A stretch of 64,000 nucleotides of DNA, taken from assembly GCA_963851265.1 (NCBI GenBank), contig CAWKNZ010000002.1, positions 1,248,001 to 1,312,000 on the forward strand, written 5' to 3'. Positions 1-11,572 of this stretch are shown in pieces. The DNA is from an uncultured Gemmatimonadales bacterium. GTDB lineage: Bacteria; Gemmatimonadota; Gemmatimonadetes; Gemmatimonadales; Gemmatimonadaceae. Each line of letters starts with the position of its first letter. Positions within the stretch are counted from its first letter, which is position 1. A model generated the notes under the pieces. That model was given only the letters and a program-made list of their open reading frames with translations, did no database searches and was not told the DNA's origin. The position numbers and the translations under genes are program-made.

Positions 1-901
1 AACGCGAGCAGCTGACATTCCGACCTCCTCCGCGCGCTCGGCGCGCTGGACGCCGCCCTCCGGGACGCTCGCCGCGCTGTGTGCGTCGGCGCGCGCGCAT
101 GTGGACGCCATGCGCGACGTGGCGCACGCGCTCGAGGCCGCGGCCGCCGCGCGCGCGGCAGGGCCGAGCTTCGCGGGGGCGCTCCGCGGCGCACGCGTGG
201 CGGTCATCGCCGAGATGAAGCGCGCGTCGCCGTCCAAGGGCGCGATCGCGACGGGGCTCGACGCGGGTACGCAGGCTGCGGCGTACGAGGCGGGCGGCGC
301 CGCCGCGCTCTCCGTGCTCACGGAGCCGACGCGCTTCGGCGGTAGCATCACGGACCTCGACGCGGCGGCCGACGCGGTCGCGGGGCGTATCCCGCTCCTC
401 CGCAAGGACTTCATCGTCGACCGGCTGCAGATCGTCGAAGCGAGGGCGCACGGCGCATCGGCGGTCCTGCTGATCGCGCGCGCGCTCGCACCGGACGAAC
501 TGCGGGCGTTGGCCGGCGAGGCCGCCGCCCTCGGACTCGACGTCCTGGCCGAAGTACGTGACGAGTGGGAACTCGAGGCGGCCCTCGCGGCGGACGCGCG
601 CGTGATCGGGGTGAACAACCGCGATCTCGAGACGCTCGCGATCGACCTCGCGACCGGCGAGCGGCTCGTCCCGCAGATTCCCGCCGACCGCATCGCGGTG
701 TTCGAGAGCGGGATCGAGTCCGCGGCCGAGGTCGCACGTGCAGCGGCGGCCGGCGCCGACGCGGTGCTCGTCGGCTCGAGTGTGTCGCAGGCGGCCGACC
801 CGCGCCGCGCGGTCGCGGCGCTCACCGGCGAGCTCACGCGGCGCGACCGGCGGCCCGTCGACGGCCGCGCGAGCGAGTTCGCGAGCGGCGGCCGCGCGTG
901 A
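1..901 (+). CDS. trpC: Indole-3-glycerol phosphate synthase (reading frame is open from position 2, so the start probably lies upstream of the window)
   Basis: Motifs IAEMKRASPSKG, LSVLTEP, LRKDF, GVNNRDL, ESGI; no stop in frame between 2 and the GTG at 101. Confidence 0.95.
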   Translation, partial: TRAADIPTSSARSARWTPPSGTLAALCASARAHVDAMRDVAHALEAAAAARAAGPSFAGALRGARVAVIAEMKRASPSKGAIATGLDAGTQAAAYEAGGAAALSVLTEPTRFGGSITDLDAAADAVAGRIPLLRKDFIVDRLQIVEARAHGASAVLLIARALAPDELRALAGEAAALGLDVLAEVRDEWELEAALAADARVIGVNNRDLETLAIDLATGERLVPQIPADRIAVFESGIESAAEVARAAAAGADAVLVGSSVSQAADPRRAVAALTGELTRRDRRPVDGRASEFASGGRA

Positions 902-1563
902 CCCCGGCGATCAAATTCTGCGGGCTCACGCGCCCCGAGGACGTGCGGCACGCCGCGCGGCTCGGCGCCGCGTACGTCGGCTGCATCTTCGCTGGCGGGC
1001 CCCGGCTCGTCACCGCGGACCGCGCGCGCGCGATCACGGCGGGCGTGCAAGATGACGACACGCACGCACCGCGCGTGGTCGGGGTGATGGGCGCGATCGA
1101 CGCCCGCGCGGTGGCGAATCTCGCGCACGCGGCGGCGCTCGACGTCGTGCAGCTGCACGCCGATCCGGACGTCGCGGACGTCGCTGCCGTTCGGCGACAC
1201 TGGGCCGGCGAGGTCTGGGCCGTCGTGCGCGTCGCCGGGACCGACCTGCCCGAGCGCACCGCGGCGCTCTTCGACGCGGCCGACGCCGTGGTGCTCGACG
1301 CCCGCGTCGACGGCGGCATGCTCGGCGGGAACGGCGTCGCGCTCCCGTGGGCCGCGCTCGCGGACGCGCTCGCGCCGGTCCGCGGTCGGGTCCCGCTCGT
1401 GCTCGCGGGTGGGCTCCGGCCAGAGAACGTTGCTGCGGCCGTCGCCGCGCTCGCGCCCGACGTTCTCGACGTGTCGTCGGGCGTGGAATCCGCGCCCGGT
1501 ATGAAGGACCACACGCGCATGACCGCGTTCGCCGCGGCCGCGCGACCACTCGCCGTCACATGA
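898..1563 (+). CDS. trpF: Phosphoribosylanthranilate isomerase
   Basis: [31 protein letters not shown] overlap with the trpC stop. Confidence 0.95.
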   Translation: MTPAIKFCGLTRPEDVRHAARLGAAYVGCIFAGGPRLVTADRARAITAGVQDDDTHAPRVVGVMGAIDARAVANLAHAAALDVVQLHADPDVADVAAVRRHWAGEVWAVVRVAGTDLPERTAALFDAADAVVLDARVDGGMLGGNGVALPWAALADALAPVRGRVPLVLAGGLRPENVAAAVAALAPDVLDVSSGVESAPGMKDHTRMTAFAAAARPLAVT

Positions 1564-2810
1564 CCCTGCTCGACTCCACGTCCGGCGCGTCCGCGCCGGC
1601 GACGACGGACCGCTTCGGCGCGTTCGGCGGCCGCTACGTCCCCGAGACGCTCATCCCCGCGCTCGACGAACTCGAACTCGCGTTCGATGCGGCGATGCGC
1701 GACGCGGGGTACCGCGCCGAACTCGACGACCTGCTGCGCACGTACGTGGGCCGCCCGTCGCCGCTCAGCGCCGCGCCGCGCCTCTCGGCTTTGGTCGGGG
1801 CGCCCGTCTGGCTCAAGCGTGAGGACCTGAACCACACGGGCGCGCACAAGATCAACAACACGGTCGGGCAGGTGCTGCTCGCACGGCGCATGGGCAAACG
1901 GCGCATCATCGCGGAGACCGGGGCGGGGCAGCACGGCGTCGCGACCGCGACCGTGTGCGCGCGGTTCGGACTTCCGTGCGTCGTCTACATGGGCGCGGCC
2001 GACATGGAGCGGCAGGCGCTCAACGTGTGGCGCATGCGGCTGCTCGGCGCCGAGGTCGTTCCGGTCACCGCGGGGACGCGCACGCTCAAGGACGCGACGA
2101 GCGAGGCGATCCGCGACTGGGTGACCAACGTCGAGTCGAGTCACTACATCATCGGGTCGGTCGTCGGGCCGGCGCCGTACCCGCGGATCGTGCGCGAGCT
2201 GCAGTCGCCGATCGGGCGCGAGGCGCGGGCGCAGATGCTCGAGCGCGCCGGCCGGCTTCCGCACACGGTGGTGGCGTGCGTCGGCGGCGGCTCCAACGCG
2301 ATGGGAATCTTCGCCGGCTTCGTCGACGACGCCGACGTCGAGCTGGTGGGCATCGAGGCGGCGGGCGAGGGCGTCGAGACGGCGCGTCATGCCGCTTCGC
2401 TCGCGCGCGGCACGCCGGGCGTGCTGCACGGCGCGTTGAGCTACCTGTTGCAGGACGCGCGAGGGCAGGTGGTCGACGCGCACTCCATCTCGGCCGGCCT
2501 CGACTACCCGGGCGTCGGGCCCGAGCACGCGTACCTGCGCGACTCCGGGCGGGCGCGCTACGTGCCGGTGACCGACGCGGCAGCGCTCCGCGGCTTCGCC
2601 CTGCTCAGCCGCCTCGAAGGCATCATCCCCGCACTCGAAACGTCGCACGCGGTGGCGTGGGTGGCGGACCAGGCGGGCGCGTGGGCCGCCGACGCGCCGG
2701 TGCTCATCTGCGTGAGCGGCCGAGGCGACAAGGACGCCGCGCAGGTGAGCGCGTTAGGCACGCTGCCCGACGTCGGCCCGCTGCCGCCCTACCCCGAGTC
2801 CGACGCGTGA
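1560..2810 (+). CDS. trpB: Tryptophan synthase beta subunit
   Basis: [47 protein letters not shown] overlap start. Confidence 0.98.
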   Translation: MTLLDSTSGASAPATTDRFGAFGGRYVPETLIPALDELELAFDAAMRDAGYRAELDDLLRTYVGRPSPLSAAPRLSALVGAPVWLKREDLNHTGAHKINNTVGQVLLARRMGKRRIIAETGAGQHGVATATVCARFGLPCVVYMGAADMERQALNVWRMRLLGAEVVPVTAGTRTLKDATSEAIRDWVTNVESSHYIIGSVVGPAPYPRIVRELQSPIGREARAQMLERAGRLPHTVVACVGGGSNAMGIFAGFVDDADVELVGIEAAGEGVETARHAASLARGTPGVLHGALSYLLQDARGQVVDAHSISAGLDYPGVGPEHAYLRDSGRARYVPVTDAAALRGFALLSRLEGIIPALETSHAVAWVADQAGAWAADAPVLICVSGRGDKDAAQVSALGTLPDVGPLPPYPESDA

Positions 2811-3664
2811 CGGCGCTCGCAGGCGCGCTCGCGAGCGGCCCGCGCGTCGGCGCGATCGCGGCACGGTTCGACCGACTGCGGGCCGAGGACCGCGCGGCAC
2901 TCGTGTGCTACGCGACCGCCGGGCACCCGGATCCGGATCGGTCCGTCGCGCTCCTTCGCGGGCTGGAGGCGGCCGGCGCCGACGTGATCGAGCTCGGCGT
3001 CCCGTTCTCCGAACCGCTCGCGGACGGTCCGGTCATCCAGCACAGCTCGAGCGTCGCACTCTCGCACGGCATCGACCTCGCCGGCGCGCTCGCGCTGCTC
3101 GAGCGTGCCGCGCTCGCGGTGCCGGTCGTGCTCTTCACGTACCTCAACCCGTTGCTCGCGGCGGGCCCCGACGTGCTCGCGCGGGCGGCGTCGGCGGGCG
3201 TGTCGGGCGTGCTCGTCACCGATCTGCCCGTCGGCGCCGACGCGGCCCGCGAGGCGTGGATCGGAGAGGGCCCGCTCGACTTCGTCCGGCTCGTCGCGCC
3301 GACGACACCGGCCGCGCGCATGGCGCTCATCGCGCGACACGGCCGCGGCTTCGTCTACCTCATCAGCCGACTCGGCGTGACGGGCGAGCAGAACGAGCTC
3401 GCGGCGTCGCTCCCGGCGACGATCGCGCGCCTGCGCGGCGTGACCGAGCTGCCGATCTGCGTGGGGTTCGGCATCGCGCGCCCCGAGCAGGCCGCCGCCG
3501 TCGCGCGCCTCGCCGACGGCGTGGTCGTGGGCAGCGCGATCGTGCGGGCGGCCGACCGGAGCGTCGACGAGGCAGTCGCGCTCACGCGGGAGCTGCGCGC
3601 CGCCATCGACGGCGCCGACCGGAGCGCGATCGGTCGCGAGGTGCCCGGCACCACATCGCGTTGA
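2807..3664 (+). CDS. trpA: Tryptophan synthase alpha subunit
   Basis: [41 protein letters not shown] overlap start. Confidence 0.97.
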   Translation: MTALAGALASGPRVGAIAARFDRLRAEDRAALVCYATAGHPDPDRSVALLRGLEAAGADVIELGVPFSEPLADGPVIQHSSSVALSHGIDLAGALALLERAALAVPVVLFTYLNPLLAAGPDVLARAASAGVSGVLVTDLPVGADAAREAWIGEGPLDFVRLVAPTTPAARMALIARHGRGFVYLISRLGVTGEQNELAASLPATIARLRGVTELPICVGFGIARPEQAAAVARLADGVVVGSAIVRAADRSVDEAVALTRELRAAIDGADRSAIGREVPGTTSR

Positions 3665-3689
3665 CCCCCGCGCCGGCCGATCCTACGTT
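3661..3689 (+). promoter_or_regulatory. Sigma70-type promoter (TTGACC-17 nt-TACGTT), 6 nt before the folB start
   Basis: TTGACC 3661-3666, 17-nt spacer, TACGTT 3684-3689; the same hexamer pair and spacing occur at 62001-62029. Confidence 0.6.
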
Positions 3690-3695
3690 CCCGCC

Positions 3696-4139
3696 GTGAC
3701 CACCCCCACGCGCCAGGCCGCGCTCGACGAGCAGACAGTCTCGCTCGTGGGCATGCGCTTCCATACGCTCGTCGGCGTGCTGCCGCACGAGCAGGAGATC
3801 GCCCAGCCGCTCGAGGTCGACGTGTCGGCGGTGCGCGCGCGCACGGCGGCGGGCTACGCGGCTGGCGACGTGCTCGACTACCGCCGCCTGTACGCGGTGG
3901 TGGCCGATGTGGCCTCGCGGCGCGTCGCGTGGCTCGAGGACGCGGCCGACGCGATCGCATCGCGGCTCCTCGCCGAGGAGGCCCTCGCCCGTGTGCGCGT
4001 GGCAGTGCGCAAGCCGCACGTCGCGCTCGGTGGCCCGCTCGCCTACGCGGAAGTCTGCGTCGAGCGCGCCGCCGGCATGTCGGGTCGCACCGCGACGCGC
4101 GACCTGGCCGTCGACTCGCCCGCGGAGCCGCTCGCGTGA
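3696..4139 (+). CDS. folB: Dihydroneopterin aldolase
   Basis: GMRFHTLVGVLPHEQEIAQPLEVDV, LDY, VRKP; directly upstream of folK. Confidence 0.9.
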   Translation: MTTPTRQAALDEQTVSLVGMRFHTLVGVLPHEQEIAQPLEVDVSAVRARTAAGYAAGDVLDYRRLYAVVADVASRRVAWLEDAADAIASRLLAEEALARVRVAVRKPHVALGGPLAYAEVCVERAAGMSGRTATRDLAVDSPAEPLA

Positions 4140-4609
4140 CCGCGGAGGCATGCGCGCCTGTGGCGGTGTACGTCGCGCTCGGCTCCAACCTCGGCGACCG
4201 CGAGGCGCACCTCGCGGCGGCGCGTGCCGGACTCGCCGCGCTCCCTTCGACGCGCGTCGTCTCGGCGTCCCGGATCGAGGAAACGGCGCCGATCGGGCCG
4301 GCCGGGCAGGGCGCGTACCTCAACCAGATGCTCCACGTCGAGACGGCGCTCGCGCCGACAGCGCTGCTCGCCGCCGCGCAGGCGATCGAGCGCGAGCAGG
4401 GCCGCCGGCGCGATCCGGCCGCACGCTGGGGCCCGCGCACGCTCGACATCGACCTCGTGCTGTTCGGAGATCGACCGATCGGGTCGGCGTCCCTCCAGCT
4501 TCCGCACCCGGAGCTCGCCCACCGCGACTTCTGGCAACGCGAACTCGCCGAACTCGGCGTCGACTGGCAGGTCGCACTCGCGGCGGTGCACGCCGGGGCC
4601 GCCGCGTGA
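4136..4609 (+). CDS. folK: 2-amino-4-hydroxy-6-hydroxymethyldihydropteridine diphosphokinase
   Basis: YVALGSNLGDR, YLNQ, RWGPRTLDIDL, LPHP. Confidence 0.95.
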   Translation: MTAEACAPVAVYVALGSNLGDREAHLAAARAGLAALPSTRVVSASRIEETAPIGPAGQGAYLNQMLHVETALAPTALLAAAQAIEREQGRRRDPAARWGPRTLDIDLVLFGDRPIGSASLQLPHPELAHRDFWQRELAELGVDWQVALAAVHAGAAA

Positions 4610-5433
4610 CTCACGGCGCGGGCAGCGCGCCAGGTCGACGCCTCACGCCGCGCACCTTCGCCGCGGCCAAGGGCCGCCCCGAACCGCTCGTCGTCGTGGC
4701 CGCCTACGACGCACTTTTCGCGCGCCTGGCCGAGGACGGGGGGGTCGACTGCGTGCTCGTCGGCGACTCGTTAGGCAACGTCGTCGCGGGGTACGAGTCG
4801 ACGCTCCCCGTGACGCTCGACATGATGGTCTACCACGGCGCGGCGGTACGCCGCGGCGTGTCGCGCGCGCTCGTCGTCGTGGACATGCCGTTCCTGACGT
4901 ACGAGGTCACGACGGAACGCGCACTGCTCAACGCCGGGCGCGTGATGCAGGAAACCCGCTGCGACGCGGTGAAGCTGGAAGGCGGCTCGGAGCAGACCGC
5001 CGACACCGTCGCCGCGCTCGTGCGCGCGGGGATTCCGGTGATGGGCCACCTCGGGTTCACGCCGCAGCGCGTGAACACGCTCGGAGGTTTCCGCGTCCAG
5101 GGCCGTGACGCGGACGGCGCGAACCGGATCGTGGACGAGGCGAAGCGCCTCGAAGCCGCCGGTGCGTTCTCGATCGTCCTCGAGCTCGTCCCGGGTGAGG
5201 TGGCCGAGCGCGTAACGCGGGCGGTCGCGGTCCCGACGATCGGGATCGGGGCGGGCGCCGCGTGCGACGGTCAGGTGCTGGTGCTCGCCGACCTGCTCGG
5301 CCTAACGGACGGGTTCAAGCCGAAGTTCGTGAAGCGGTACGCAGACCTCGCGGGCGACGTGCGCGGCGCGGTGACGCGCTTCACGGCCGACGTGCGGGCC
5401 CGCGCGTATCCCGACGCCGACCACGCCTTCTGA
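4606..5433 (+). CDS. panB: 3-methyl-2-oxobutanoate hydroxymethyltransferase
   Basis: LVGDSLG, DMPF, VKLEGG, MGHLGFTPQ, IGIGAG, DGQVLV. Confidence 0.97.
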   Translation: MTHGAGSAPGRRLTPRTFAAAKGRPEPLVVVAAYDALFARLAEDGGVDCVLVGDSLGNVVAGYESTLPVTLDMMVYHGAAVRRGVSRALVVVDMPFLTYEVTTERALLNAGRVMQETRCDAVKLEGGSEQTADTVAALVRAGIPVMGHLGFTPQRVNTLGGFRVQGRDADGANRIVDEAKRLEAAGAFSIVLELVPGEVAERVTRAVAVPTIGIGAGAACDGQVLVLADLLGLTDGFKPKFVKRYADLAGDVRGAVTRFTADVRARAYPDADHAF

Positions 5434-5443
5434 GCGGCGACGC

Positions 5444-6334
5444 ATGCAGACGGTGAATACCGCGCGCGAGCTGCGCGAGGCGATTGCGGGCGCGCGCTCC
5501 GGCGCCGCGGCGCGCGTCGCGCTCGTCCCGACGATGGGCGCGCTGCACGACGGACACCTCGCGCTCGTGGACGAAGCTCGGCGGCACGCCGACGTCGTCG
5601 TGATGAGCATATTCGTCAACCCGCTGCAGTTCGCTCCCACGGACGACTTCGCGCGCTACCCGCGCGACCCGGTGGGCGACGCCGAAAAGGCTGCCGCGCA
5701 GGGCGTCGACGTGCTCTTCACGCCGGACGTCCACGAGTTGTACCCGCGCGGCGAGCCGCGCGCGCGCGTCGTCCCAGGTGCGGTGGCCGACCGGTGGGAA
5801 GGCGCGGTCCGGCCGGGGCACTTCGCCGGCGTGCTCACCATCGTCCTCAAACTGCTCAACATCGTGCGGCCCGACGTCGCGGTGTTCGGACAGAAAGATG
5901 CGCAGCAGGTGGCCGTGGTGCGCGCGATGATCGAGGACCTGAACGTGCCCGTCGAACTCGTGGTCGTTCCCACGGTGCGAGAGGACGATGGGCTCGCACG
6001 GTCGAGTCGCAACGTGTACCTCGACCAAGCATCGCGTCGGCGCGCGCGCGCGATCCCGACCGCGCTCGCCGCGGCAGAGCGCGCGTTCGCGGCGGGCGAG
6101 CGCGATGCGAGCGCGTTGGAACATCGCGTGAGAGATTCGCTTCGCGACGCGGGCGACCTCACCGCCGACTACGTCGCGTTCGCAAATCCAGAGACCCTCG
6201 AACCCCTGGCGCGCGCGGACGTCGGGACGCTCGTGATGGTTGCCGCACGCGTGGGACCGACGCGTCTGCTCGACACGATCGTGCTCGGCGCCCCGCGTTT
6301 CGGGACGGGCCGAAGCACGCGGAGCGCGGCGTGA
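5444..6334 (+). CDS. panC: Pantoate-beta-alanine ligase
   Basis: VPTMGALHDGH, SIFVNPLQF, RPGHF, FGQKDAQQ, GLARSSRN. Confidence 0.97.
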   Translation: MQTVNTARELREAIAGARSGAAARVALVPTMGALHDGHLALVDEARRHADVVVMSIFVNPLQFAPTDDFARYPRDPVGDAEKAAAQGVDVLFTPDVHELYPRGEPRARVVPGAVADRWEGAVRPGHFAGVLTIVLKLLNIVRPDVAVFGQKDAQQVAVVRAMIEDLNVPVELVVVPTVREDDGLARSSRNVYLDQASRRRARAIPTALAAAERAFAAGERDASALEHRVRDSLRDAGDLTADYVAFANPETLEPLARADVGTLVMVAARVGPTRLLDTIVLGAPRFGTGRSTRSAA

Positions 6335-6897
6335 AGCCGGCCGAGCACGCGATCTCGCTTCCGCCGTGGGCACAGGTCGGCGAGAAGCGCCGCGCGCACA
6401 TCGCGCGGGTCACGGCCATGCTGGACGGCTGGGCCCAGGCGATCGCGGGCGACGCCGACGAGGCGCGCGCCCTGCACGACGTCGGCGTGCTGCACGACGC
6501 GCTTCGCGACGCGCCCGAAGACGAACTCCGCCAACTGGCCGCAGCGGACGACTCGAGCACGGTCGCGAACGCGCCCGTCGACCTGCTGCACGGGCCCGCG
6601 GCCGCGGCCATGCTCGCACGCGTGGGCGAGACGCGCGCGGCCGTGATCGACGCGGTCCGCTGGCACACGCTCGGCTCGCCCGCGTGGGGGCGGGTCGGTC
6701 GCGCCCTCTACCTCGCCGATTTCCTCGAACCGGGTCGGAAGTTTGCGACCGCCGACCGCGCGTACCTCGCCGCGCAGGTGCCGCGCGACTTCGACGGCAC
6801 CTTCCGACAGGTCGTGCGCATGCGGCTGCAGTGGTCGTTGAACGAAGGCAAGCAGCTCTACGCGGCGACGGTCGAACTGTGGAATGCCGTCCGGTGA
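6331..6897 (+). CDS. HD-domain hydrolase, YqeK-like
   Basis: RAHIARV, LHDA, LLHGPAAA, AVRWHTLG, LYLADFLEPGR resemble YqeK; GTGA overlap start. Confidence 0.75.
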   Translation: MKPAEHAISLPPWAQVGEKRRAHIARVTAMLDGWAQAIAGDADEARALHDVGVLHDALRDAPEDELRQLAAADDSSTVANAPVDLLHGPAAAAMLARVGETRAAVIDAVRWHTLGSPAWGRVGRALYLADFLEPGRKFATADRAYLAAQVPRDFDGTFRQVVRMRLQWSLNEGKQLYAATVELWNAVR

Positions 6898-6942
6898 GCG
6901 CGCGGCGCGCCGCGTGTTCAGCGACTTGAGCCGGCCCTCGCG

Positions 6943-7461
6943 ATGACCGGGATGCCGCTGCCCGTCGACGCCGGCACGCCGGAGCCGCGACGGCGTCGCG
7001 GCCGCGTGCGCGTCGCGGCGGCGGCCGTCGTGATCGCCGCTGCGTTAGGCATCGGCGGGTGGTACGGCGTCCGCGTGGTGCGGGCGCGCCGCGCGGCCGC
7101 GCTCCCGCCCGCGCCGACCGCCGGGCGCGGCGTCACGTCTGACTCGCTCGCGCGCGCGCCGAACGGCGTCCGGGTGAAGGTGCAGGTCGTGAACGCGACG
7201 CGTGTGCGCGGGCTGGCGCGCCGGGCAACTCAGGCGATCCGCGACCGCGGGTACGATGTCGTGGAGATCGGCACCACGGGGCAGCAGCGCGACACCACGC
7301 TCGTGCTCGACCGCTCGGGGCACCAGGACTGGGCGCGTCGGCTGGCCCGGGCGATGGGCGGGGCGCGCGTGGAAGCGCGCCCCGACAGCTCACACTACCT
7401 CGACCTCACGGTCCTCGTCGGCCGGTCGTGGCACCCGCCGGCCGAGCCGTTCTACCCGTAG
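6943..7461 (+). CDS. LytR C-terminal domain membrane protein
   Basis: N-terminal TM helix, then VQVVNATRVRGLARRAT...GYDVVEIG...DLTVLVG. Confidence 0.8.
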   Translation: MTGMPLPVDAGTPEPRRRRGRVRVAAAAVVIAAALGIGGWYGVRVVRARRAAALPPAPTAGRGVTSDSLARAPNGVRVKVQVVNATRVRGLARRATQAIRDRGYDVVEIGTTGQQRDTTLVLDRSGHQDWARRLARAMGGARVEARPDSSHYLDLTVLVGRSWHPPAEPFYP

Positions 7462-8514
7462 CTGGCCGCAGGCGGCGGCGATGTCCGTGCCGCGGCTGCG
7501 ACGGACCGCGACCTCGACGCCGCCGGCGCGCACCGCGCGCGCGAAGCGCTGGATCTGGTCGGCCGGTGTGGGCACGAACTCGCCGGCACCACCCGGGTGG
7601 AGCGGAATGAGGTTCACGAACGCGCGACACTCGCGCGCGAGCGCCGCGAGCGCGCGCGCGTGCTCGGGCGCGTCGTTCACGCCGCCAAGCATCACGTACT
7701 CGAACGTGGTACGCCGGTCGAACGCTTTGGCGGCGTCGAGCACATCCGCGAGCGGGTACTTGATGTTGACCGGCATGAGCGCGCCGCGGAGCGTGTCGTC
7801 CGGCGCGTGGATCGACAGCGCGAGGCGGAACTGCTCCGGGCGCTCGCCGAGCGCGACGATGCCGGGGAGCACGCCCACGGTCGAGACCGTGATGTGACGC
7901 GCGCCGATGCCGAACCCGCGCGGGTCGTTGAGGATCGTGAGCGTGGGCGACACCGCCCCCCAGTTCATGAGCGGTTCGCCCATGCCCATGAACACGATGT
8001 TGGTCGGCCGGATCGGTCCGTCGTCGAGCAGCGCGAGCTCGCGCACCTGCCCGGCGATCTCGCTCGGGCGAAGGTTGCGCTGGAACCCCATCGCGCCCGT
8101 CGCGCAGAAGGCGCACGCGAGCGCGCACCCGGCCTGCGACGAGATGCAGAGCGTGAGGCGGTCCGCGTCTGGAATGGCAACGGTTTCGATCAACTGACCG
8201 TCCGACAGGCGGAACAGGAACTTCTGCGTCCCGTCGGCCGAGCACTGCCGTGCAGCGAGCTCGAGCCGGGGCAGCTCGAAGCGCGCCGCGAGCGTCGCGC
8301 GAAGCGACGCGGGCAGCTCGCTCATCGCGTCGAAGCTCGCCACGGGCCGCTGCCAAAGACGGCGAAGGACCTGTCCCGCGCGGTACGCCGGCTGACCGAG
8401 GTCGGCCATGGCGGCGCATAGCTCGCGCTCCGCCGCGGCCGGATCGACGTCGAGCAGCGTCGGCGGCGCGTCGCGACGGGCGCGCGGATCGAGCGTGGGG
8501 AGCGTCAGGGTCAC
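7390..8514 (-). CDS. rlmN: Dual-specificity 23S rRNA/tRNA m2A methyltransferase (radical SAM)
   Basis: CISSQAGCALACAFCATG, VFMGMGEPL, IAAACGQL. Confidence 0.97.
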   Translation of the reverse strand: MTLTLPTLDPRARRDAPPTLLDVDPAAAERELCAAMADLGQPAYRAGQVLRRLWQRPVASFDAMSELPASLRATLAARFELPRLELAARQCSADGTQKFLFRLSDGQLIETVAIPDADRLTLCISSQAGCALACAFCATGAMGFQRNLRPSEIAGQVRELALLDDGPIRPTNIVFMGMGEPLMNWGAVSPTLTILNDPRGFGIGARHITVSTVGVLPGIVALGERPEQFRLALSIHAPDDTLRGALMPVNIKYPLADVLDAAKAFDRRTTFEYVMLGGVNDAPEHARALAALARECRAFVNLIPLHPGGAGEFVPTPADQIQRFARAVRAGGVEVAVRRSRGTDIAAACGQLRVERLGRRVPRPADEDREVEVV

Positions 8515-8667
8515 GAGACGGAAATCTAAGCCAGCCAGGAACTTGCGTGCCGCGTGTCACGCCACGTGGGACGCGGTTCTCCTACCTCCACCCCACGGCG
8601 TCCGTTAAGATCCTGTGTATAGTCCGCGCCGGCGACAGTCGGGCGGTTCGACCTCTCGTCTGCCTTC

Positions 8668-10503
8668 GTGTCCGACCCCGCTTCAAGTACGCCGCTTCCG
8701 CCTGCGGGTCTTCCCGCGACGTCCCTCCGCACCCACGCGTGCGGCGCGCTCCGGCCGGCCGACGCCGGCACGGCCGTCACCCTCGGCGGCTGGGTGCACC
8801 GCGTTCGCGATCTCGGCGCGCTGGTCTTCGTCGACCTGCGCGACCGCACCGGTATCGCCCAGCTCTCGTTCGACCCGGAGTGGTGCGACCTCGGCACGAT
8901 CACCGCGGCCGCGGCGCTCGGCGTGGAAAGCGTCGTGCTCGTCGACGGAGCGGTCGCGCTCCGCCCGGCCGAACGGCGGAATCCCGAGATGGAGACCGGA
9001 GACGTCGAGGTGCGCGCGCGCGCCCTGCGTCTCGTCGGACCGGCGGCGACGCCCGCGATCCCGGTCGCACGCGGACGGTCGGACAAACTCCCGGCCGAGG
9101 ACCTGCGCCTCCGCCACCGCCAGCTCGACCTCCGCCGCCCCGAGTTGCAGCGGAACCTGGTGCTGCGCCACCGGTTGCTGCAGACGACGCGGCGATACCT
9201 GAGCGCGCACGGCTTTCTGGAGCTCGAGACGCCGATCCTCACGAAGCCGACGCCTGAGGGTGCGCGCGACTACCTCGTGCCGAGCCGGCTGCACGTGGGC
9301 GAGTTCTACGCGCTACCGCAGAGTCCGCAGCTCTACAAGCAGCTGTTCATGATTGCGGGATTCGACCGGTACTTCCAGATCGCGCGCTGCTTTCGCGACG
9401 AGGATCTCCGCGCGGACCGTCAGCCCGAGTTCACGCAGATCGACGTCGAAGCCTCGTTCGTCGCGCAGGCCGACATCGTCGCGCTCACGGAAGGGCTGCT
9501 CGTCGAGCTGTTCGCGGAGGCCGGCTTTCGGGTTGCAGCGCCCTTCCGACAGATGACCTACGCCGACGCGATGGAGCGCTACGGCATCGACCGGCCGGAC
9601 TTGCGGTACGGGCTCGAGCTGTCCGACGTCAGCGACGTCTTTCGCGGCTCGGAGTTCAAGGCCGCGGAATCGGTGTTCGGGGCCGGGGGTCGCTTCCGCG
9701 GGTTCGTCGCGCCGGGCGGCGCGCGGTTCTCGCGGAAGGAGCAGGACGAGTTCACCGCGCTCGCGAAGGGCGCCGGCGCTCCGTACGCGATCGTCTTGAA
9801 GCAGGTCGACGGGAAGCTCGATGGATCGGCGGCGAAGTTCCTGCGCGCGGACGCGGCCGAGCGGCTCGGGCTGGTGGACGACGCGGCGGCGGTGATCGTG
9901 CCCGGTCCGGACCACGTGACGAGCCCCGCGCTCGACCGGCTGCGGCAGGACGTCGCGCGCCGACTGGATCTGGTGCGCGCCGACGTGCTCGAGCTGTTGT
10001 GGGTGGTCGACTTCCCGATGTTCGAGCGCGATCCGTCCACCGGCGCGCTCGCCGCGATGCACCACCCATTCACCTCCGCGCAACCCGAAGACCTGCCGTT
10101 GCTCTCGACCGAGCCGTGGCGCGCGCGCGCGCGCGCCTACGATGTCGTGCTAAACGGCACCGAGCTCGGCGGCGGGAGCATCCGCATCAGCGACGCCGCT
10201 CAGCAGGAGCACGCGCTCTCGCTGCTCGGGATCGACGCGGCCACGGCCGAAGCGCGCTTCGGGTTCCTGCTCGAAGCCCTCCGGAGCGGCGCGCCGCCGC
10301 ACGGTGGCATCGCGCTCGGCTTCGACCGGATCGCGATGCTGCTGTCCGGCGCGACGTCGCTTCGCGACGTGATCGCGTTTCCGAAGACGACGGCCGCCCG
10401 CGCGCTGTTCGAGGGGGCGCCGAGCGTCGTCCCCGTGCAGGACCTCCGCGACCTGCGATGGGGCGGCGACGAAGTGACGGTGAACGAGGGAGGGGCGGAG
10501 TGA
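8668..10503 (+). CDS. aspS: Aspartate-tRNA ligase
   Basis: [56 protein letters not shown]. Confidence 0.98.
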   Translation: MSDPASSTPLPPAGLPATSLRTHACGALRPADAGTAVTLGGWVHRVRDLGALVFVDLRDRTGIAQLSFDPEWCDLGTITAAAALGVESVVLVDGAVALRPAERRNPEMETGDVEVRARALRLVGPAATPAIPVARGRSDKLPAEDLRLRHRQLDLRRPELQRNLVLRHRLLQTTRRYLSAHGFLELETPILTKPTPEGARDYLVPSRLHVGEFYALPQSPQLYKQLFMIAGFDRYFQIARCFRDEDLRADRQPEFTQIDVEASFVAQADIVALTEGLLVELFAEAGFRVAAPFRQMTYADAMERYGIDRPDLRYGLELSDVSDVFRGSEFKAAESVFGAGGRFRGFVAPGGARFSRKEQDEFTALAKGAGAPYAIVLKQVDGKLDGSAAKFLRADAAERLGLVDDAAAVIVPGPDHVTSPALDRLRQDVARRLDLVRADVLELLWVVDFPMFERDPSTGALAAMHHPFTSAQPEDLPLLSTEPWRARARAYDVVLNGTELGGGSIRISDAAQQEHALSLLGIDAATAEARFGFLLEALRSGAPPHGGIALGFDRIAMLLSGATSLRDVIAFPKTTAARALFEGAPSVVPVQDLRDLRWGGDEVTVNEGGAE

Positions 10504-11519
10504 CCGAGGACGGCCTGTACCGCGCGCCCGACGCGGCGATCACGCAACGCATCAGCACCGAGGGAGCGGATCTCCTCACGCTTGCCGGCGTGAATGACCA
10601 GAATCTCGTCGAGCTCGCGCGCGTGACGGGCACGCGCGTCGCGCTCCGCGGCGAGTCGCTCACGTTGGGCGGGAGTACCGACGCAGTCGCGCGTGCGACC
10701 GCGATCGGCCAGCGGATGTTGGAGCTGACGCGGCAGGGCGTCGTGCTCAGCCCGGACGACGTGTTGCGGATCAGCCTCGAGTCGGGGCGCGACGCGGACG
10801 GCGCGGGGCCGAGCAACGGGGTGGCGCCCGCGGCCGCAGGCGGCGGCGGTGCGGACGGGCGGCTCGCTCTCCCGGGCGTCCGCAAGATCATCCAGGCCAA
10901 GACGCCCGGGCAGGCCGAGTACATGCGCAAGATCGCCGAACACGACGTGGTGGTCGGGATCGGTCCGGCGGGCACCGGCAAGACGTATCTCGCGGTGGCA
11001 ATGGCCGTCGACGCGCTCGTGCGCAAGCGCGTACGCCGCATCGTGCTCGCGCGGCCCGCGGTCGAGGCGGGGGAGTCGTTGGGCTTTCTCCCCGGTGACA
11101 TGCAGGCCAAGGTGGACCCGTACCTGCGGCCGCTCTACGACGCGCTCGACGAGATGATGCCGCAGGAGCGCGTGCAGAAGGCGCTCGAGACGCGGACGAT
11201 CGAGATCGCGCCGCTCGCGTTCATGCGCGGCCGCACGCTGGGCGACGCGTTCGTGATCCTCGACGAGGCGCAGAACGCGACCAACCTGCAGATGAAGATG
11301 TTCCTCACGCGCCTCGGCGTGAACTCGAAGATCGTCATCACCGGCGACAAGACGCAGATCGACCTGCCGCGGCGGGAAGATTCTGGGCTCATGCAGGTGG
11401 AGCGCATCCTGCACGGCATCGAGGGTATCTCGTTCCACTATTTCGGCGAGGCAGACGTGGTGCGGCACCGGCTCGTGCGCGAAATCATCAAGGCGTACGC
11501 CGACGACGCCGGCGACTGA
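10500..11519 (+). CDS. phoH: PhoH-family ATPase (YbeZ-like)
   Basis: [46 protein letters not shown]. Confidence 0.95.
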   Translation: MTEDGLYRAPDAAITQRISTEGADLLTLAGVNDQNLVELARVTGTRVALRGESLTLGGSTDAVARATAIGQRMLELTRQGVVLSPDDVLRISLESGRDADGAGPSNGVAPAAAGGGGADGRLALPGVRKIIQAKTPGQAEYMRKIAEHDVVVGIGPAGTGKTYLAVAMAVDALVRKRVRRIVLARPAVEAGESLGFLPGDMQAKVDPYLRPLYDALDEMMPQERVQKALETRTIEIAPLAFMRGRTLGDAFVILDEAQNATNLQMKMFLTRLGVNSKIVITGDKTQIDLPRREDSGLMQVERILHGIEGISFHYFGEADVVRHRLVREIIKAYADDAGD

Positions 11520-11572
11520 CGCCGGCGTCGCACGACAGGCGCGCCGCGGTACCGCGAAGCGGGAGACGGACT

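Noticed and set aside
2754..2759. TTAGGC equals the nematode telomere repeat
   Set aside because: Copies are single, dispersed and in-frame within bacterial genes; coincidence, not contamination.
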